A stretch of DNA of 64,000 bases from Paraspadella gotoi (lineage: Eukaryota; Animalia; Chaetognatha): NCBI GenBank assembly GCA_051294375.1, contig CM119267.1:20089476-20153475 (forward strand). The letters are read 5' to 3'. Below the pieces are notes generated by a model. It was not told the DNA's origin, did no database searches, and saw only the letters and a list, made by a program, of their open reading frames with translations. Both the position numbers and the translations under genes were made by a program. Every line of letters begins with the position of its first letter. The first letter of the stretch is position 1. Shown here in pieces: positions 24,980 to 39,597 of this stretch.

Positions 24980-25499
24980 TCCTCGGCTTCGCAATCATAA
25001 TCGTCGTCGTCGTCGTCATCGTTTCCTCTTTATTCGTCGTCATCGTCTTCACGCACGACACAACTCGGGGCAGTCGTCATCTTTGTCGTCTTTATTCGTC
25101 TTCATCATCATCACGAAGCCGAGACATCTTCAACAGTCGGCATCAATTAAAACTGTTGTTGTTGTTGTTGATTGTTGTTTCCATTCCATTTTGGATTTAG
25201 TAGACGACTAGGTCCAAAACGTTTCGTCGAACAACTTAAATTTTATTAACAATATCATTTTTTCCAGAACTCAAAAAAATTATATCTATCAATATATATT
25301 TGAATTTAAACACAGTTAAATAAGTTTGAATTGTTAGTCTTTTTGAACCGTAATTCGGATGTCCAAAAACTGGTTTTATTCTAAAAGGTTTAAACGATAA
25401 ATTATTGAATTTATCAATAAAATTGAAGCTTTTATTCAAACATTTTTTTCGCCATAAAAGGATTTTTTTTCTTTTGAGAAGCTTCAAACATTCTCTCCA

Positions 25500-25530
<31 letters not shown>

Positions 25531-25829
25531 TCTTATCGTCTGCGCCTTGTTCCTTTGAACAAGCTTCTGCACTTAATTTTTCCCTCCCCAAAAAGAAAGC
25601 AAAAACAAACATAAAAAAAAAAAAATCTAATTTAACAACAAACAAAACAGTTCGAAATTCAGGGTACATAATAATTTGTAAAATAATTGGTAAATAATTA
25701 ATTTTTAAGGAAAGAAACGATAAAGTTGAGAGAAAGGGGAAGAGTGGAGGAGTGAGAGAGAGAGAGGGGTGGAAAGAGAGAGAGAAATGGGGAAAGAGAG
25801 AGACGGGAAAAGAGAGAGAGAGTGGAAGT

Positions 25830-25932
<103 letters not shown>

Positions 25933-26192
25933 CAATGCGACGTGTTTCACCCAGTAAATCACACAATGACGAACCAAATTCCAACAAGAGCTATTAGGTT
26001 TTATTACTACAAACTTTTGTTATGTTTTAAATTATATTTTCTCTCCTTTGTTCTTTTGTTATTTTTTCCACCAAATTAATTCACCGTCGATGGAAATATT
26101 TGCGTTTTTCTTCACCTGGAGTTGAATTTTTGACACTATCTTTATCCAAATTGGAGGACGCTCGTTGAGTTAAAGTGGAGAGTTGAAAAAAA

Positions 26193-26254
<62 letters not shown>

Positions 26255-29200
26255 GAGAGGATTAATAAATGAAAAGCGAAAATATTTCTCAAAATTATTC
26301 CTCAGAAATAAGAATTATTATCCCGGTTCCGCACCAGGGATAGTTCAGTGCCACCTGGACGTGGGTGCCGCGCCAGTTCCGCGCCAGTTCCGCGCCTGCT
26401 CTGATTCAGGTCCGCGACAATTTAGAATGAGGTGCATGTTTGCTTTAGCGCTAATTGCTATTTCGTTAAGTTATTTAAATTTAGTTGACATTTCAAAAAA
26501 TCCTCTCGTCTTCAGATTTTACTCTTAACTAACCAACACTGTGCAGTGTGCAGTGTGCAGTGTGCAGTGTGCAGTCAATTGCTTTAGAGGCGATCGATCG
26601 ACGATAACCATTGCCATTTCGAATTCCCATCCACCGAATTATAATTGCTCGTTCTCAACTGAATCCCTAATCTACCCTATCTAGACGTCTAGTGTCTAAT
26701 ATCATTTTTCGAATTCTAAGTAACAAAACAGAGCTTGCGTTCCATCGCAGTATCCAAATGCTCTAATCACCGCTTCTAGGTCATGCCTCTCGTCCGTTCA
26801 CTTTCACGTTTTGTTCTTCTTTCACAACCCGACATTTCTGGAAAATCGAGAATCCAGATTCTGACCAGAAAAAAAAAATTGCGTCTCGTAAAAAGAAGAA
26901 TCGCGGAATCCGAAAGATTTTTTGATTCGGAAGATGAAAGGTCTTACATCCGGGGAAGTAGGCGTAAAGATCTTACTTTGGGGGGACGGTGATTGGTGGC
27001 GGTGAGTATGGTAAGGGCGGTGAGCACTGAGCACTGAGCAGTGAGATGTGAAAAACAAGGAAAGAAGAGAAAGGAAAAAAATAAGAGAATCGTAATAATG
27101 ATACAATAAAAAAAAAAACAACACTGACTTCCTATTCCCAAAATGAGTTATTAGATATAATGATAAGTAAAAAATTTTTAAGAAAGCAATATATATATAT
27201 TTATAGAATATAGATTAAAAGGTAAATCTTTCATAAAATATAAAAATAAAAAAATAAAAAATAGTGAAACAAGTAATTTGAAAATTTTCATATTGGTTAT
27301 ATTGGTTGTACCAATTTCATAGGGAAGACCAAGAAACGAAATTTACAATTACATAGTAGAAAAGGAAAAAATTAAAAAAATGAATGCTAAAAAATATTAA
27401 TAATACAGTTAATAATTGAAAAATAGAAATAACTTGTATAAATAAAAATAAATATTAAGACTTTATGAAATTATCTCCGGAAAGAGGGGGGGGGGTTGGC
27501 GAAGAATCTTCGATGGAGGAAGAAGATCTTTCCTTCAAAATTATTCAAATGTTGTTGACGCTGCACCCCGAGCTTAAAGCAACGCAGGGAAAAAAAAGAC
27601 AACTTTATTTGGATTAATAAAAAAAATATTTAATAAATTCGATGAATAATATAATTTTATCTGGATAGGCGAAATTAAACAACAAATATACCAAAGGAAA
27701 AAAAATTAATAATTAAAACGATCTTTTTAAATAATATTTTTAAAATATGATAAATTTAGATCAAAAGTTTGATAGAACCCAACAACACCCAAGACTCGCC
27801 GTGCTCAAGGAAGAAAACAGGAGTTTCGCGGCGAAAATTCCTACGAATTAGAAAATAAATTAAGTTGAACGAAATAAATTTAACGATGATTTGGACTTTT
27901 ATGGTTGGGAATCTTTTCTCCGCGCGCCCAGTTGTCCTTTTCATGGTCCGAAGCGGACATCTTTTTTTTAAAAATAATTTTTGCAATTATATTTTCTACC
28001 TACATAGACGACACTTACGACTCCCCGGTCGATGGTTAATAATTATTATTGATCATGAAGCGGAAAAGGACGAAAAACAAGTTATTTAAATTAGTTAATT
28101 GTTATATTGGATTTCAATGTTTTAAAACGAGTTGTTGATAAGTAAAGAGTGACGATGATTGCTCTTAATCTTATAAATAATTTTAAACTTTAAAGTTAAA
28201 CGCGTGACAGGGAAACCTCACAAATTGATGGCGGCTTTTCAAAGCTGGAATTCAGAAGAAGAAAAATTTGGTTAATTCTTTGTGTTTTTTTTTTTCCGCC
28301 GCACTGCGTCGAAATCGCCGCGTGGTCTCGCGCCACCTGGGATGTTCGAGGCGGAGCATTCTCGGCGGCGGCTGTCGCTGCCGCTGACGCTGCTCCGCTC
28401 CGGTCGTTGTTGATTTCGTATTTTTGTTGGAGTCTTCTAACAAATAGGGAAAAATTTCTATGTGGCCACAAAGTATAAACAATTAAACATTCTGAAAAAC
28501 CGCCAAAGACTGCCGAAAATATTGAAAGGACAAAACTAGCACCAAAAACACTGCAAAAACAACGTCACCTACAAAGAAGAAGACGATTGCAAATTGTGGA
28601 AGGGGGCAGTAAACTCTGTTTTTCGCTAATAAAGAAAAGGTCGAACAGATTAAGATTTACGAGTCTTTTATGGTTTTATATCCGTCAATAGAAATTACTT
28701 GCAAAGTATTTTGCGTTTCTCACTGATTATTTGTATTTCGTAAGATTCAATTAGTTTATGAAGAGGTTGTGAGGGATGTACCACCTGGCAGTAATTAGAG
28801 AAAGGACAGGTGAAGAAAGAGTTATTTAGTAAAACTAAAAGTTTAAATTTTTTTTTGTGACAACTGTTCATTTGTTTTTTCATCGGATGGTGAAGTCGCT
28901 TCTTGGACGATCTTAACGACATCTAGCATTCCGTATAAGTATATATATATAGCAAAACCAAAAAACAAAGGAATTTTTTAAATTTTCTTAACAATATTTT
29001 TTTTCGGTCAATGTTTATTTCACTTATTAGTTTAAACTAATGAATATTTTTCTCTTTTGAGATTGATTACTGGAACAGATTCACTCTCTGTTTAGTGTTT
29101 AGTTCTCGTCGGCATCGTTTTCATTGTCCAGATCAAAACTTATGCGTAAATGTTTCTGTAAAATTTAGTATGTACGTATGGTTGTAATAAAAAAAATAAA

Positions 29201-29618
29201 ATCGACAACCTTTTGAAAAGTATCACGTCGGTTAATTCTTTAAACCATTGGTGGACATTTGTTGAAAAAGAATTAGCAATAATTTAAAAAAATGCTTATC
29301 CTAGTTGACCTTTATGAATTACAGTTCTTCTTTTATTTCTGGGTAATAAGTAAATCTTGGTCTTAAGACTTAATATAACTAAATAACTTCTTAATATTAT
29401 ATTATTATTCCGTTTCGTAAAGCCTTTACGGCGCTGATTAATTTCTTAACCGACGACGCGTTCGAATGTAGTAGTAACTCGTTTTTTTTAAAGCGAGGTT
29501 ATATTTTTAAACTTAGCGAGACAAATAAAACACTTTTTTTTTAACCTATTAATTTAAAATCAGATTTAAAAAAAAATCGTTACTCGTAAATAAGAAACGA
29601 AAGGGGAAAAAAAGCAGA

Positions 29619-30700
29619 ATGGAGCAGAGTTTCCGCGAAAGTCACGTGATCGACGTCCACAGAGAGGACGCCAAGCAACAGTCTATGGAACTCGAGCTTA
29701 TGTTGAAGGAAACCAACGACAACAACAACAGAAACGATAATCGAGGAAGTCAGTTTTTTTTTTGTTTTTTTTTTCTTCTTTTTTTTCTCATTTCTATAAA
29801 AGAATTTCATTGTGCTCACGCTGACCTACCCCACTGGTGATTGTGAAACTGTTATGGTCATGCTGCTTGAACACAGGCTGAACAATTGAGCAATGAATCG
29901 ATTTCGAGATTCAGCCGGGAATATTTTCTTTTGCGTTTTCAGGGAATTTCTACAAGGATGGTGTGAATGTTAACCAGGATGGTAAGTTTTTTTATACTAG
30001 CATAGCATTATATTTGAAAAAAAAGTAACATAAAAGCAGTTATATACATTATAACATTATAAACATATAAGCCCTATTGGAAAACAGGTTGTTTCGCTAT
30101 AAATATCATAATGCTAACACTTCAACTCTTAACTATTGACTCTTAACTAAACAAAAAAAATAAAAAAAAAATAAAAAAAAAAAACTAAAAAAAAAATTTA
30201 AAAAAAATTTTAAAAATAAAAAAATTAAAGCAAAAATAAAATAAAATAAAATAAAATATAAAAATTCAAAATCAAAAATATCTAAATCTAAAAACAAAAA
30301 AACTTTTAAAAAATTTTAAAAAAAACATAAAAAAATGCCCTCACCAAAAAAAAACAAAAAACAAAACAAAACAAAACAAACCCTGGCAGAGGAAGAAGCC
30401 ATTGATGAGCAACCTAAGAAGGACGGCGAACCGACGGCCAAACGGAAGAAAATCAAAGGCTGCGCCATCGCCGACATCGTCATGGGCGTTCTCTTTATCG
30501 TCTTCGGCTGCTTCTTGGCGCCCATCATTGCCATCGTCATGGGCATCGTTGCCATCTGCACCAAAAACGACGACAAGGCCTACGTCTTCGCCGCCGTCGG
30601 ACTGGGATTCGCAATCGTCTCGGTCATTGTAGGGATCGTCGTCATCGCCCTCTTGGTCGCCATGGCCTCTGTATTCGATACGTTTTTCGGGTGGGCGTAG
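29619..30700 (+). CDS. Small membrane protein with two to three hydrophobic segments (dispanin/DUF4190-like), 2 exons
   Basis: Exon 2 encodes GCAIADIVMGVLFIVFGCFLAPIIAIVMGIVAICTKNDDKAYVFAAVGLGFAIVSVIVGIVVIALL. It is a clear paralog of 46738-48022. Confidence 0.7.
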
Positions 30701-30711
30701 TAAGGTAAGAC

Positions 30712-31195
30712 GAGAAATGTGGGACGTTAAGCTGGGATATGTGAAATGTTAGAAAGGGAAATGTGGCACGTTGAGAAGGGAAATGTGGGACGTTAAGCTG
30801 GGATATGTGAAATGTTAGAAAGGGAAATGAGGCACGTTGAGAAGGGAAATGTGGGACGTTAGTCTGGGATATGTGAAATGTTAGAAAGGGAAATGAGGCA
30901 CGTTGAGAAGGGAAATGTGGGACGTTAGCTGGGATATGTGAAATGTTAGAAAGGGAAATGGGCACGTTGAGAAGGAAATGTGGGACGTTAGGCTGGGATA
31001 TGTGAAATGTTAGAAAGGGAAATAAGGCACGTTGAGAAGGGAAATGTGGGACGTTAAGCTGGGATATTGAAATGTTAGAAGGGAAATGTGGCACGTTGAG
31101 AAGGGAAATGTGGGACGTTAAGCTGGGATATGTGAAATGTTAGAAAAAGGGACTTGTGGAAAGTTTAAAGGGGAAATGTGAAATGTTGAGAACTG
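30712..31195. repeat. Tandem minisatellite, ~66-bp unit built from three ~22-bp subunits, ~7 copies
   Basis: gaaatgtgggacgttaagctgggatatgtgaaatgttagaaagggaaatgtggcacgttgagaagg repeated. Confidence 0.9.
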
Positions 31196-32761
31196 CAATG
31201 TGAAATTGTATATTCAAATGCGTGGCGGAAGAGTTTTAACCGAGACTGCCGGCAATTTCCCTCAGTCAACAATACAGCGCGAGCACTTTCCGATACAAAA
31301 GTTACGCGTTGTGCACTGTCGAGTTACTCGTGTAGCCAAAAAGATGAGCATGTTAACTCACAATAGTTTCAGCGGTGCTCCCAGATTGGAAGTTGTAAAA
31401 ACCGTGCGTAACGGACGGTAAAGTGTAAATCGAATTTCCCTTTTTTGTTTTTTTCATTTACAAATGTGAATAAATGTGTCACTCTCTCCTTACCAAAGGA
31501 ATAGTACAATTAAATATCTAGTATATTTTTTTTTACTCATCTTTAATTCTGTTCACAACTTTTGTCGATCCCCCTGATCTGCGGAATTAAGGCAAGTCGA
31601 CGGGGAAGCTCAATGGACGGGGAGTTGTCACCGGGAGTCCAAAGGGAGTGTAACAAGAAAATCGGTGAAGGGAAGCAGTGGATATGGGCGCGCGGAAAGG
31701 ATGGGTCAAAAGAGACGTCTAGTTATTAAGTTTTAGTGGGTTAAAGAAAATTATGTGGGAGATTGTATTAACATTGTTTGAGCACTTAGCTCTACACTAA
31801 TTTGTACCTTATAGATTTCACTGGGCGAAGCCATTTCACTCTCAAAAATAAGAATCAATCCAATCACGAGATTTTAATAAAATAATCAGAGCAGAGCAAC
31901 AAGAGTGAGCTATTGAGAAATAAAGAGAGCCAGAGAGAGAGAGCTACAGATAGAGCTCAAGCTGTACAAAAATAATAATTTCAATGATTAGAATTCATTT
32001 CAAAGAGTTACAATATTTCATCATGTTACCTAATGTTTCCTGGGCAATCTCCTAAAAGTTTAACATCTACTTGCCCTTTTATACTTCTTTAAATTTAAAT
32101 AGACAATTAAAAACGACTTTCGACTTTTGAGAATACTACCAATAATTGGATCAGAAAGGTCTCGTCCAATCAGATTTAAGAACTAAATATCAACCAATGA
32201 AATCATAGAATAGAGGACGAGTTTTGAGAATTTAAGCTATTAACGTTATTGGTATTCCATATAAAACCGAATATTAATTTCGAAAACTAATTAAATATTT
32301 CTAAACTATTTAACAATTATATATAATTTTTTTATAGATTAATTTCATTATCTCTATGGAAATAAAAAATTTCGACGTTGTTTTAAAACAAACAACGTCG
32401 ATTTTTTTATTTCAAGGTCAGAAATAAATATATTTTACTTTTCTAGCTATTTAAAGAATATACGGGATTTAAATGCTACGTTTTTTTTTAATATAAAAAT
32501 AGGAGAAAGAAAAGAGCGAAAGTTACGATCCGATTGTATTCGAAATTTTTTGATAAATACACATTTGTCGAAATCGCCTCCATTCCGGATTTCATGATTC
32601 CAGGAAAAAGAGCAATTAGCAATTCGTATTTAATACATCACAAAAGTCTGCTAGCATCGGATACTGAATAGATATTGACATTACATTAGCTAGAAACAAA
32701 ACCAGTGCCCTTCTATTTTTTTCAATCCGCGTTCTACAACGGTCAACAAGAAAAACGATCT

Positions 32762-33805
32762 TCAAAAGGCGAGAACGATATCTTCGTCGGGTTTGCAATC
32801 TCGTTTCATCTCGCTTCTAAAGCAAGTGGCGGCGCACTTTTCGTTGAACACGTCGTATTTGAAGCACTTTCCCTGATGGAGGCCCTTATTGCAGTAGGCG
32901 TGGCTCTCGACGTCCTTGCACTCGAACCTTTCTCCATTCTTCTTTTGGAGACGACAGGTGTTCTCGCACATTTTGCGTCCGTTGGACGTGGCGCAGATGA
33001 GATTGGTAAAGTCGTACCTCGCGAGGCAAAGGTCCGGACGAAAGTCGTGCCCGGCCTTGGCTTTTTCTTGGGATTCGGGGGGAATTATATATTATAATAT
33101 TATAATATAATTATAATACGGCACTCTCATACCTCATACCTGAACTTAATTTCAACCCTTATAGTTATATCTAACTTAAATTTTTTTTTTCCGAAAGCTT
33201 AACTTAATCTTTAATTCTAATCCTTATCAGTAATTTAACACCTAAGTTAATCCCTGAGTACAATCTTAAATCCTTGACCTTAATCTCTAACCTTATCTCC
33301 TAACCCTAACCCTAACCAAAACACTAACCAAGTCCCTAACATAATCCTAATTTTTCACCTAATATTGGGTTCAATTAGATTAATTAGATTAATCAACTGT
33401 ACTACAGTTGCAACTATTGACGTACTGTTGGTGTAAGTTACCGTTTTCCCTGATTCTGTAGCAAGAGGCGGGGCAATAAGTGTCAAGCCCAACGCCAACG
33501 TTCTGGCATTGATCAGCGTGGCTCCTTCGATCTTTATAGTTCCGCCAAACGGTGGTGCAAAAGCTGGTGGTGTCTTGGAAATTGGCTGGGAAAATTCGTT
33601 AAAGTTATTAATTACGTACTTAATAATTAATCATTACTTTTGACACTATGTTCTACTTACAGTGCGGGTATACAAACATCGAGTCGANNNNNNNNNNGAG
33701 AGAGAGAGAGAGAGAGATCAGAAAACACGTTCTGAGCATTAAAGCAAGTCTATCGACTGACTGACCTGCGACCAAAAGCAAACAAAAGAACAAGGTTTTC
33801 GACAT
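32762..33805 (-). CDS. Secreted cysteine-rich protein with ShKT-like repeats, multi-exon
   Basis: Signal peptide MSKTLFFCLLLVA, then FCTTVWRNY...CQNVGVGLDTYCPASC, CLARYDFTNLICATSNGRKMCENTC, CKDVESHAYC...CFKYDVFNEKCAATC. The repeated CxxxC endings resemble ShK domains. Confidence 0.6.
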
Positions 33806-35287
33806 CGTCCCGATATATTTGTCAAATTTTCTCTCACGAGTTAGATTTCGGAGGCTCAAGATTGAGAAGTCGCGCTTGAGAGGGTAGGATCTCCCGGAGA
33901 CCCTTTTTATAGTTCCATCGCCGGTCGTGACCTTTTTTTCGGTCACGAATTTTCGCAGAAACTAAACCCAAAACCGGATCCGTTGTTCGTCCACACCGTC
34001 TTAATTTCGCGTCGCTTCGATGAGTTTTAATGCCGTTTGATTAACCCCAATTATGAGCCCAGGCGGGTTTTCGAAGGATTTCTTGTCACGATGGTTCGAG
34101 GGAGACCAAAGTAGATTTTTTAAATAATTTTAAATATTTCTGTTTTTATCGAGTGGAATTAGATAGACCTTAATCCTTATAGTAGATAAAGTCATAATGT
34201 ACGTGTTCTTCTCATAATAAAAGATATTCGAAGTCAGACGTTTTTTTTTATTTCTGCGGTAGGTTTACGGTTCGCTTTATCAAAAAGGAAATTTTTTTTA
34301 GCTTACTTTGTGACAATATTTCTATTTCTAGATGTTTCTAGATCATTTTCGTCGAATTGTTCCTGAGATAATTTGTTTGACTTTTGTACAACGAATTTTA
34401 TTATTGAAATGCAGACATGTTTCGACCCAACAATTACGTGTCTTCCTCTTCGAATTGTTCAAAAAGTGATAATAAACGAGCGATATCAATCAAGCAATTT
34501 TCAATTCTTACTTCGTGTCAAACGAAACTAAACTCACATATCTCAACTTTCCGTCTTTTTTTGGAATCTCTGCTGTTCATGAAGATAGTATGAGCAAAAA
34601 TGATCAAACAAACAAAAGTTTGTTAAGACGATAATTTAATCGATTAAGAAAAGATTAAGAAAATATTAAGAAAAGATTAAAAAAAGATTAAGAAAAGATT
34701 CTTTCTTAAGGATAGTCGTAGCAATGAGGTGGCGCTAGAGGGCCTTAATTTTTCCAATTCTGTTTTTGCCACATTGGCCGAATTTAGTAAATATGATATT
34801 AAAAATTACTAGTAAATTTTATTTTTATCCTTATTTCTATCTATTTCATATGTACGTACGTAAATCCTCACATTGTTGTGGACATTTTTGTGGAGAGGGA
34901 CCAGTTGTTATATAGCAGGCTATTTACGGTTTGATCTTAAATTCTATAATTCTACTGATTTTCTTGCCAAAGACCGAAGAATTTTTTATGGCAGAAAGAT
35001 TTCATTCCTAATCAGGTTTTTTCAAGAGTGGAATGAAATTGTCTGCTGTTGATAGTAATTAACCCAGCCCTGTCCAATGAAGGCTTGGTACTTTCTGAAC
35101 AAAACTTGAAGACCGCGGAACAAAGTACATGCGGTAACAGTTAGTTAAAGGAAATATATAGATAGATAGATGGAAATAGAAAGAAAGAAAGAAACAAAGA
35201 AAGAAATATAGAAATAAAGAAATAAAGAAATAAATAAAGAAAGAAAGAAAAAAAAAAGAAAGAAAAAAGAAGAGAAAGAAAGAAAGA

Positions 35288-35842
35288 AACAAGAACGGTA
35301 ATTCCAAAGTGCCGCGGTGACTTTATTTTCAAGTGTATTTCCCATTGATCATATGATATGACATGACATGACATGACATGAAAAAAAAAATTTTTGCCCG
35401 TTTATTTATGACATGCATTGCATCAAAATTCCGTCTTTTAATCTTATAGTTTTAGCAATTCCTGAAGGCGGCCTAGCGTCACTTAGATTTGAGGTTTTTT
35501 CTGTCTTCACAAATAAGCAACCAAATGGGGGAGAATGGGGACCTGCTTGCTTCCCGAAGTCCCGTGATTGAATTGCCGTCTCATGTGGACGGAGTTGCTT
35601 GACTCTGTTCCCTGATCTCTTTTTTCTTTTCCTTTTTTTGTTCACGTTTATTGTTGACATAGGATTTTTTTGCAACCATTCCAGCAATTATTTTTTTGAT
35701 CTGTTTTCTTTCAGAAAAAAAAATATAGGCAAATTGTATACATTTTTAACGTATGTGGGACAGACGGAAGGACAGACATACCGATCGACGGACCGACCGA
35801 AAAGTGACTTATAAGATGAGTACTCGCGGCGCAACTAAAAAA
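35288..35842 (-). mobile_element. HINE-like non-autonomous element (second family); partial copy at ~59835-60050
   Basis: Minus strand starts TTTTTAGTTGCG, has (GTCC/GTCT)-like repeats and ends CTTGTT. About 200 bp are shared with 59835-60050. Confidence 0.55.
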
Positions 35843-36342
35843 GAAAGAAAGAAATAAAAATTTTATCACTCGAATAGTAGAAAAGTGTGAGGTCGTAATA
35901 AACTTCTAATATTGCATTGGCAATTTTTCAATTAGTGAGAATAAGGATTTTTAACGTGACCTCAATTTGCTTGGCTTCTTGTTTTATTCTTATCTTGATA
36001 CATCATGCATCATCACCTCGAGTTTCTTTAAGTTAGATGGCGACTTAAGCTAACATCAACTTCATTTTAACAAGTTTAATATAATGAAGAAGGGAGAAAA
36101 CTTTAGAAAAAAAAATACAACAAACGAAGTCGGAAAGAAAAAAAAATGCGAAAAATGAAACATAAACAATAAAACAATCGAATTAACAAACAAAATCAAT
36201 ACTAAAGATAAGAATCGGGGATGTTTGGTTGACTGCAACGCGACTGCCAAATAGCAAAGGAAAGATGATGACGATGCCGAGATCGAATCAGCGAACCTGG
36301 TTTCCATGGCAACGATCTTTTCCCTCGTATATATCGGCGATT

Positions 36343-36465
<123 letters not shown>

Positions 36466-36609
36466 GATTAAAGAATAAAAGTTTCAGCAGTTTTATTTAT
36501 TTTTGAACTTAGTCTTAGGGTAGGACTAAGCTCTGACGAAAAAAGCCCGAGGTTTTTTTAATATATTCTTATACCGGNNNNNNNNNNNNNNNNNNNNNNN
36601 NNAAAAAGA

Positions 36610-37130
36610 GAGAGATACTCATTTTCACTCAACTAATTACCATTGAAACTTGATTATCCTGTTCAAATCACACACTTATCCTACCAATACAAAATTCCAG
36701 GTCATCATCATCCACTCATGAGCAATTGGTGTTTAAATAAGTGAATATATTTTTTGTTTTTTCCATTTACAACTCATTCTCACTCGGCACGATTCCATCG
36801 AAACTTCATAATCCAGCTCAATCACACACTTACCATATCCTCACACAAATTTCATTTAAAATCCATCCAACAAAACACGAGTATTGGTGTTTTTTGGCTA
36901 AGGAGTGGGACGGACGGACGGACGGACGGACGGACGGACGGACGGACGGACCGGGACGGACCGACGGAACGGACGGAAGAACAGACGGACGGACATCATT
37001 TTTTTTTGCATAATTTATCAATATTTCGATGTCTGACATGATATAGTGTGTGCCCGACAGGGGCGGACCGACGGAACGACAAAGTGAGTTATAGAGTCGG
37101 ATCTGCTGATATAAGCAGATCCGACTCAAA
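36610..37130 (-). mobile_element. HINE-like element with (GGAC)n microsatellite
   Basis: 5' hairpin GAGTCGGATCTGC...GCAGATCCGACTC shared with 19379-19814, and (GGAC)n at 36908-36960. The left boundary is uncertain because of a gap. Confidence 0.5.
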
Positions 37131-37530
37131 TAGAACGGATCCTCTATTGAAAAATGTTGAATTTTTTTTTTAAGGCAGATTTCGCACTACACTCACAATG
37201 TTTGGATCAATAATAATAACTAAAACGTTTTAACATATTAACATAATTAACATTTAATTACAGAGAATAAAAAAATCATGAATTTTTACGTTTTTTCCCA
37301 TTGTAAACGCTGAAGATGACAGATTATTTTGATAACCATGTTTATATTTTTGATTCAACTTTTTAAGAAGAAAATCTGAATCTTTATTAAAAGTTAAAAT
37401 TTTTTTTTAAAATTTACTATTTTATAAGAATATTATTAAAATATTTAACTAAATTCTGTTCCCGAGACAATATGAACAAATATTTTTTTTTTGTTTTGAA
37501 ATGCTTCACTTCTACTGTATATTATACAGT

Positions 37531-37767
37531 AGAAGAGACAGTTTATAATAGTTATGTGTTAATGACAAGAACCGTTCAATATAAAGCAGTCCTGAGCTTC
37601 GGATCAGACTGCAACAACATGTTACAGCGGGTTAAGCGCCCCGTCCATCTTAACTGCTAGCAGCAACACGCGAGCTAGAATCCGGACCTTTGGGTTGGGA
37701 GGCGAATGACTTGGCCTCCGGCACCATGGCCGCTGATGAACGGATTAGTCGATTTTAATCCACTATA
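37531..37767 (-). mobile_element. Family 1 solo LTR (diverged or noisy)
   Basis: Collinear with the 234-bp consensus. Confidence 0.8.
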
Positions 37768-38259
37768 GTAGAATAAAATAAAATGAAGTTTGACCATCAA
37801 AATCTCAACTTTTAACATCTCTGAAATAGTAACTACAGTGTCCCAATGGTACAGTCAGTTAACTTTTACATATTGGTGGGGAACTTTGTTATATGTTATT
37901 CTGAGAATAACAATGTCAAGATAAGTTCTTAATTCTTTTATGATACTATATTCGAATTCAATTTTTTATATAATTTTCCTTTGCAGAACATTCAAATTTA
38001 AATGAGTCATCATTTCTCCTTTTTAATTTTTAGATAATTTTTTACTGGGGAGAGACCGGGGTTTAAATTTTTTAAATTTTACGAGGCTAGCCTCTCTGTT
38101 TGTTCAGTATAGATTGGAAATCAAATCCAAATTATCATTTGCATAATCTATAATGAACTTAGTAAAATATTTTTTCCTTAAAATTAAACTTTTTTTTAAT
38201 TGCTTCATAAAAGTGACACATTTACAAATTATATTAAATAAGTATACATAAAATACATT

Positions 38260-38499
38260 TGAAGAGAACAGTAATTATTGATAATGTCAATGACAGAACC
38301 GTTCAATATAAGCAGTCCCTAGAGCTTCCGGATCAGGCTGTAACGACCCATCGTTACAGGCGCGTTAAGCGCCCCGTCCCTCTTAACTGCCAGACACCAC
38401 CGGGCTAGAACCCCGGACCTTTGGGTTGGGAGGCGAAATGAACTTGCCTCTTGGCACCATGGCCGCTGATAACGGTTTGGTGGATTTGAGTCCACCATA
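38260..38499 (-). mobile_element. Family 1 solo LTR with 4-bp TSD CATT
   Basis: catt|TGAAGAG...CCACCATA|catt. Confidence 0.85.
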
Positions 38500-39361
38500 C
38501 ATTTAACATTAACGTATTTAAGCAAGTGCTCATTTAGGGTATTTATCTAAATTATATTACTTATTTATGCCACTTATTTATTACACCTTTTAGTTTATTT
38601 TATAATATATTCGCTTCCAACTTTTAGTTTACTTTAAATTCATGACAGTTTCAGTTTACTAAACATTTACGTCAAGATTTATGTCAGTTATTGTCATTGG
38701 TGATTGGTTATTTACGTCTTTTTTACGTTAGTCAATTTACCCAAGTCATTATAGTCAAATTATACTTATCATTTTTTAAATCATTTGTCCTTTAGATTCA
38801 TATGTCATTTTTAGTTAGTGTTTAGAATGTCAGTACTGGTTTATTTTGTTGCATCAGCGGTCACTATCAGTCTATACGTCTTTTTTGTGCTATATATCAT
38901 TAATAGTATAGATACAATAAATTTTTATTGGGTCACGGTCATCATTATTGGCGACATTTCATTAATTTATTGTGTCAATATCGTTATATACGTCCAATTC
39001 TCTCCATGCTGTATGGTCTTTATTATTTATTAGGTCACGGACATCGTTAAGTCATTACGTCATTTTTTTATATGCTGTAAACTTAATGTTTTTAGATCAT
39101 GCATAGTAGTTAGAAGAGTGATGAAAGATAAGTATTTTTTTGCTGCTTTTGTATATGATAATTAAAAAAAAATCAATGCATTTTAAAAAATCTTTTAGCA
39201 TTAAAGTATAGAAAATTGTATTTCTTTATTTTCTTTATTTCTAAAATTTAAATTGATCTTTTTAAAATTTCGGATTTTTCAAGAAAAAAAAAACTTTTAT
39301 AAAATATGGTTATTGTGGCGGTATATTCAATGAATATTTATTATATAATATATAATAATAT

Positions 39362-39597
39362 TATTCATACTGCCTCACTGAAAGGTCGGAAGCCCCCAAA
39401 GCCAACAGTGAGATGCCCCATTCCAAGGCATCACAAGGCAACCCCGTGTTGCCATAAGTTGGTGAGCCCTACTAAATCAAACACGCAACCTTTCAGGGTA
39501 CGCTATGGACAAACGCCTATGCCCTGCTGCTTTGGGTACATTTATGACAAACCGCTATGCCCTGGGTACGCCTACGACAACTCCTATGCCCTTATGT
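39362..39597 (+). mobile_element. Family 2 internally deleted LTR followed by PBS and probable internal region
   Basis: TATTCATACTGCCTCAC is joined through TCAC to TGAAAGGTCGGAAGCCCCC...GTTGCCATAAG, followed by T-TGGTGAGCCCTAC (tRNA-Trp-like PBS) and three GGGTAC..TATG..CAA..CTATGCCCT repeats. Confidence 0.6.

Noticed and set aside
30712-31195. CRISPR-like array, and the 150-aa ORF over it
   Set aside because: Contiguous tandem units with no unique spacers in a eukaryotic context. The ORF is just the translated minisatellite.
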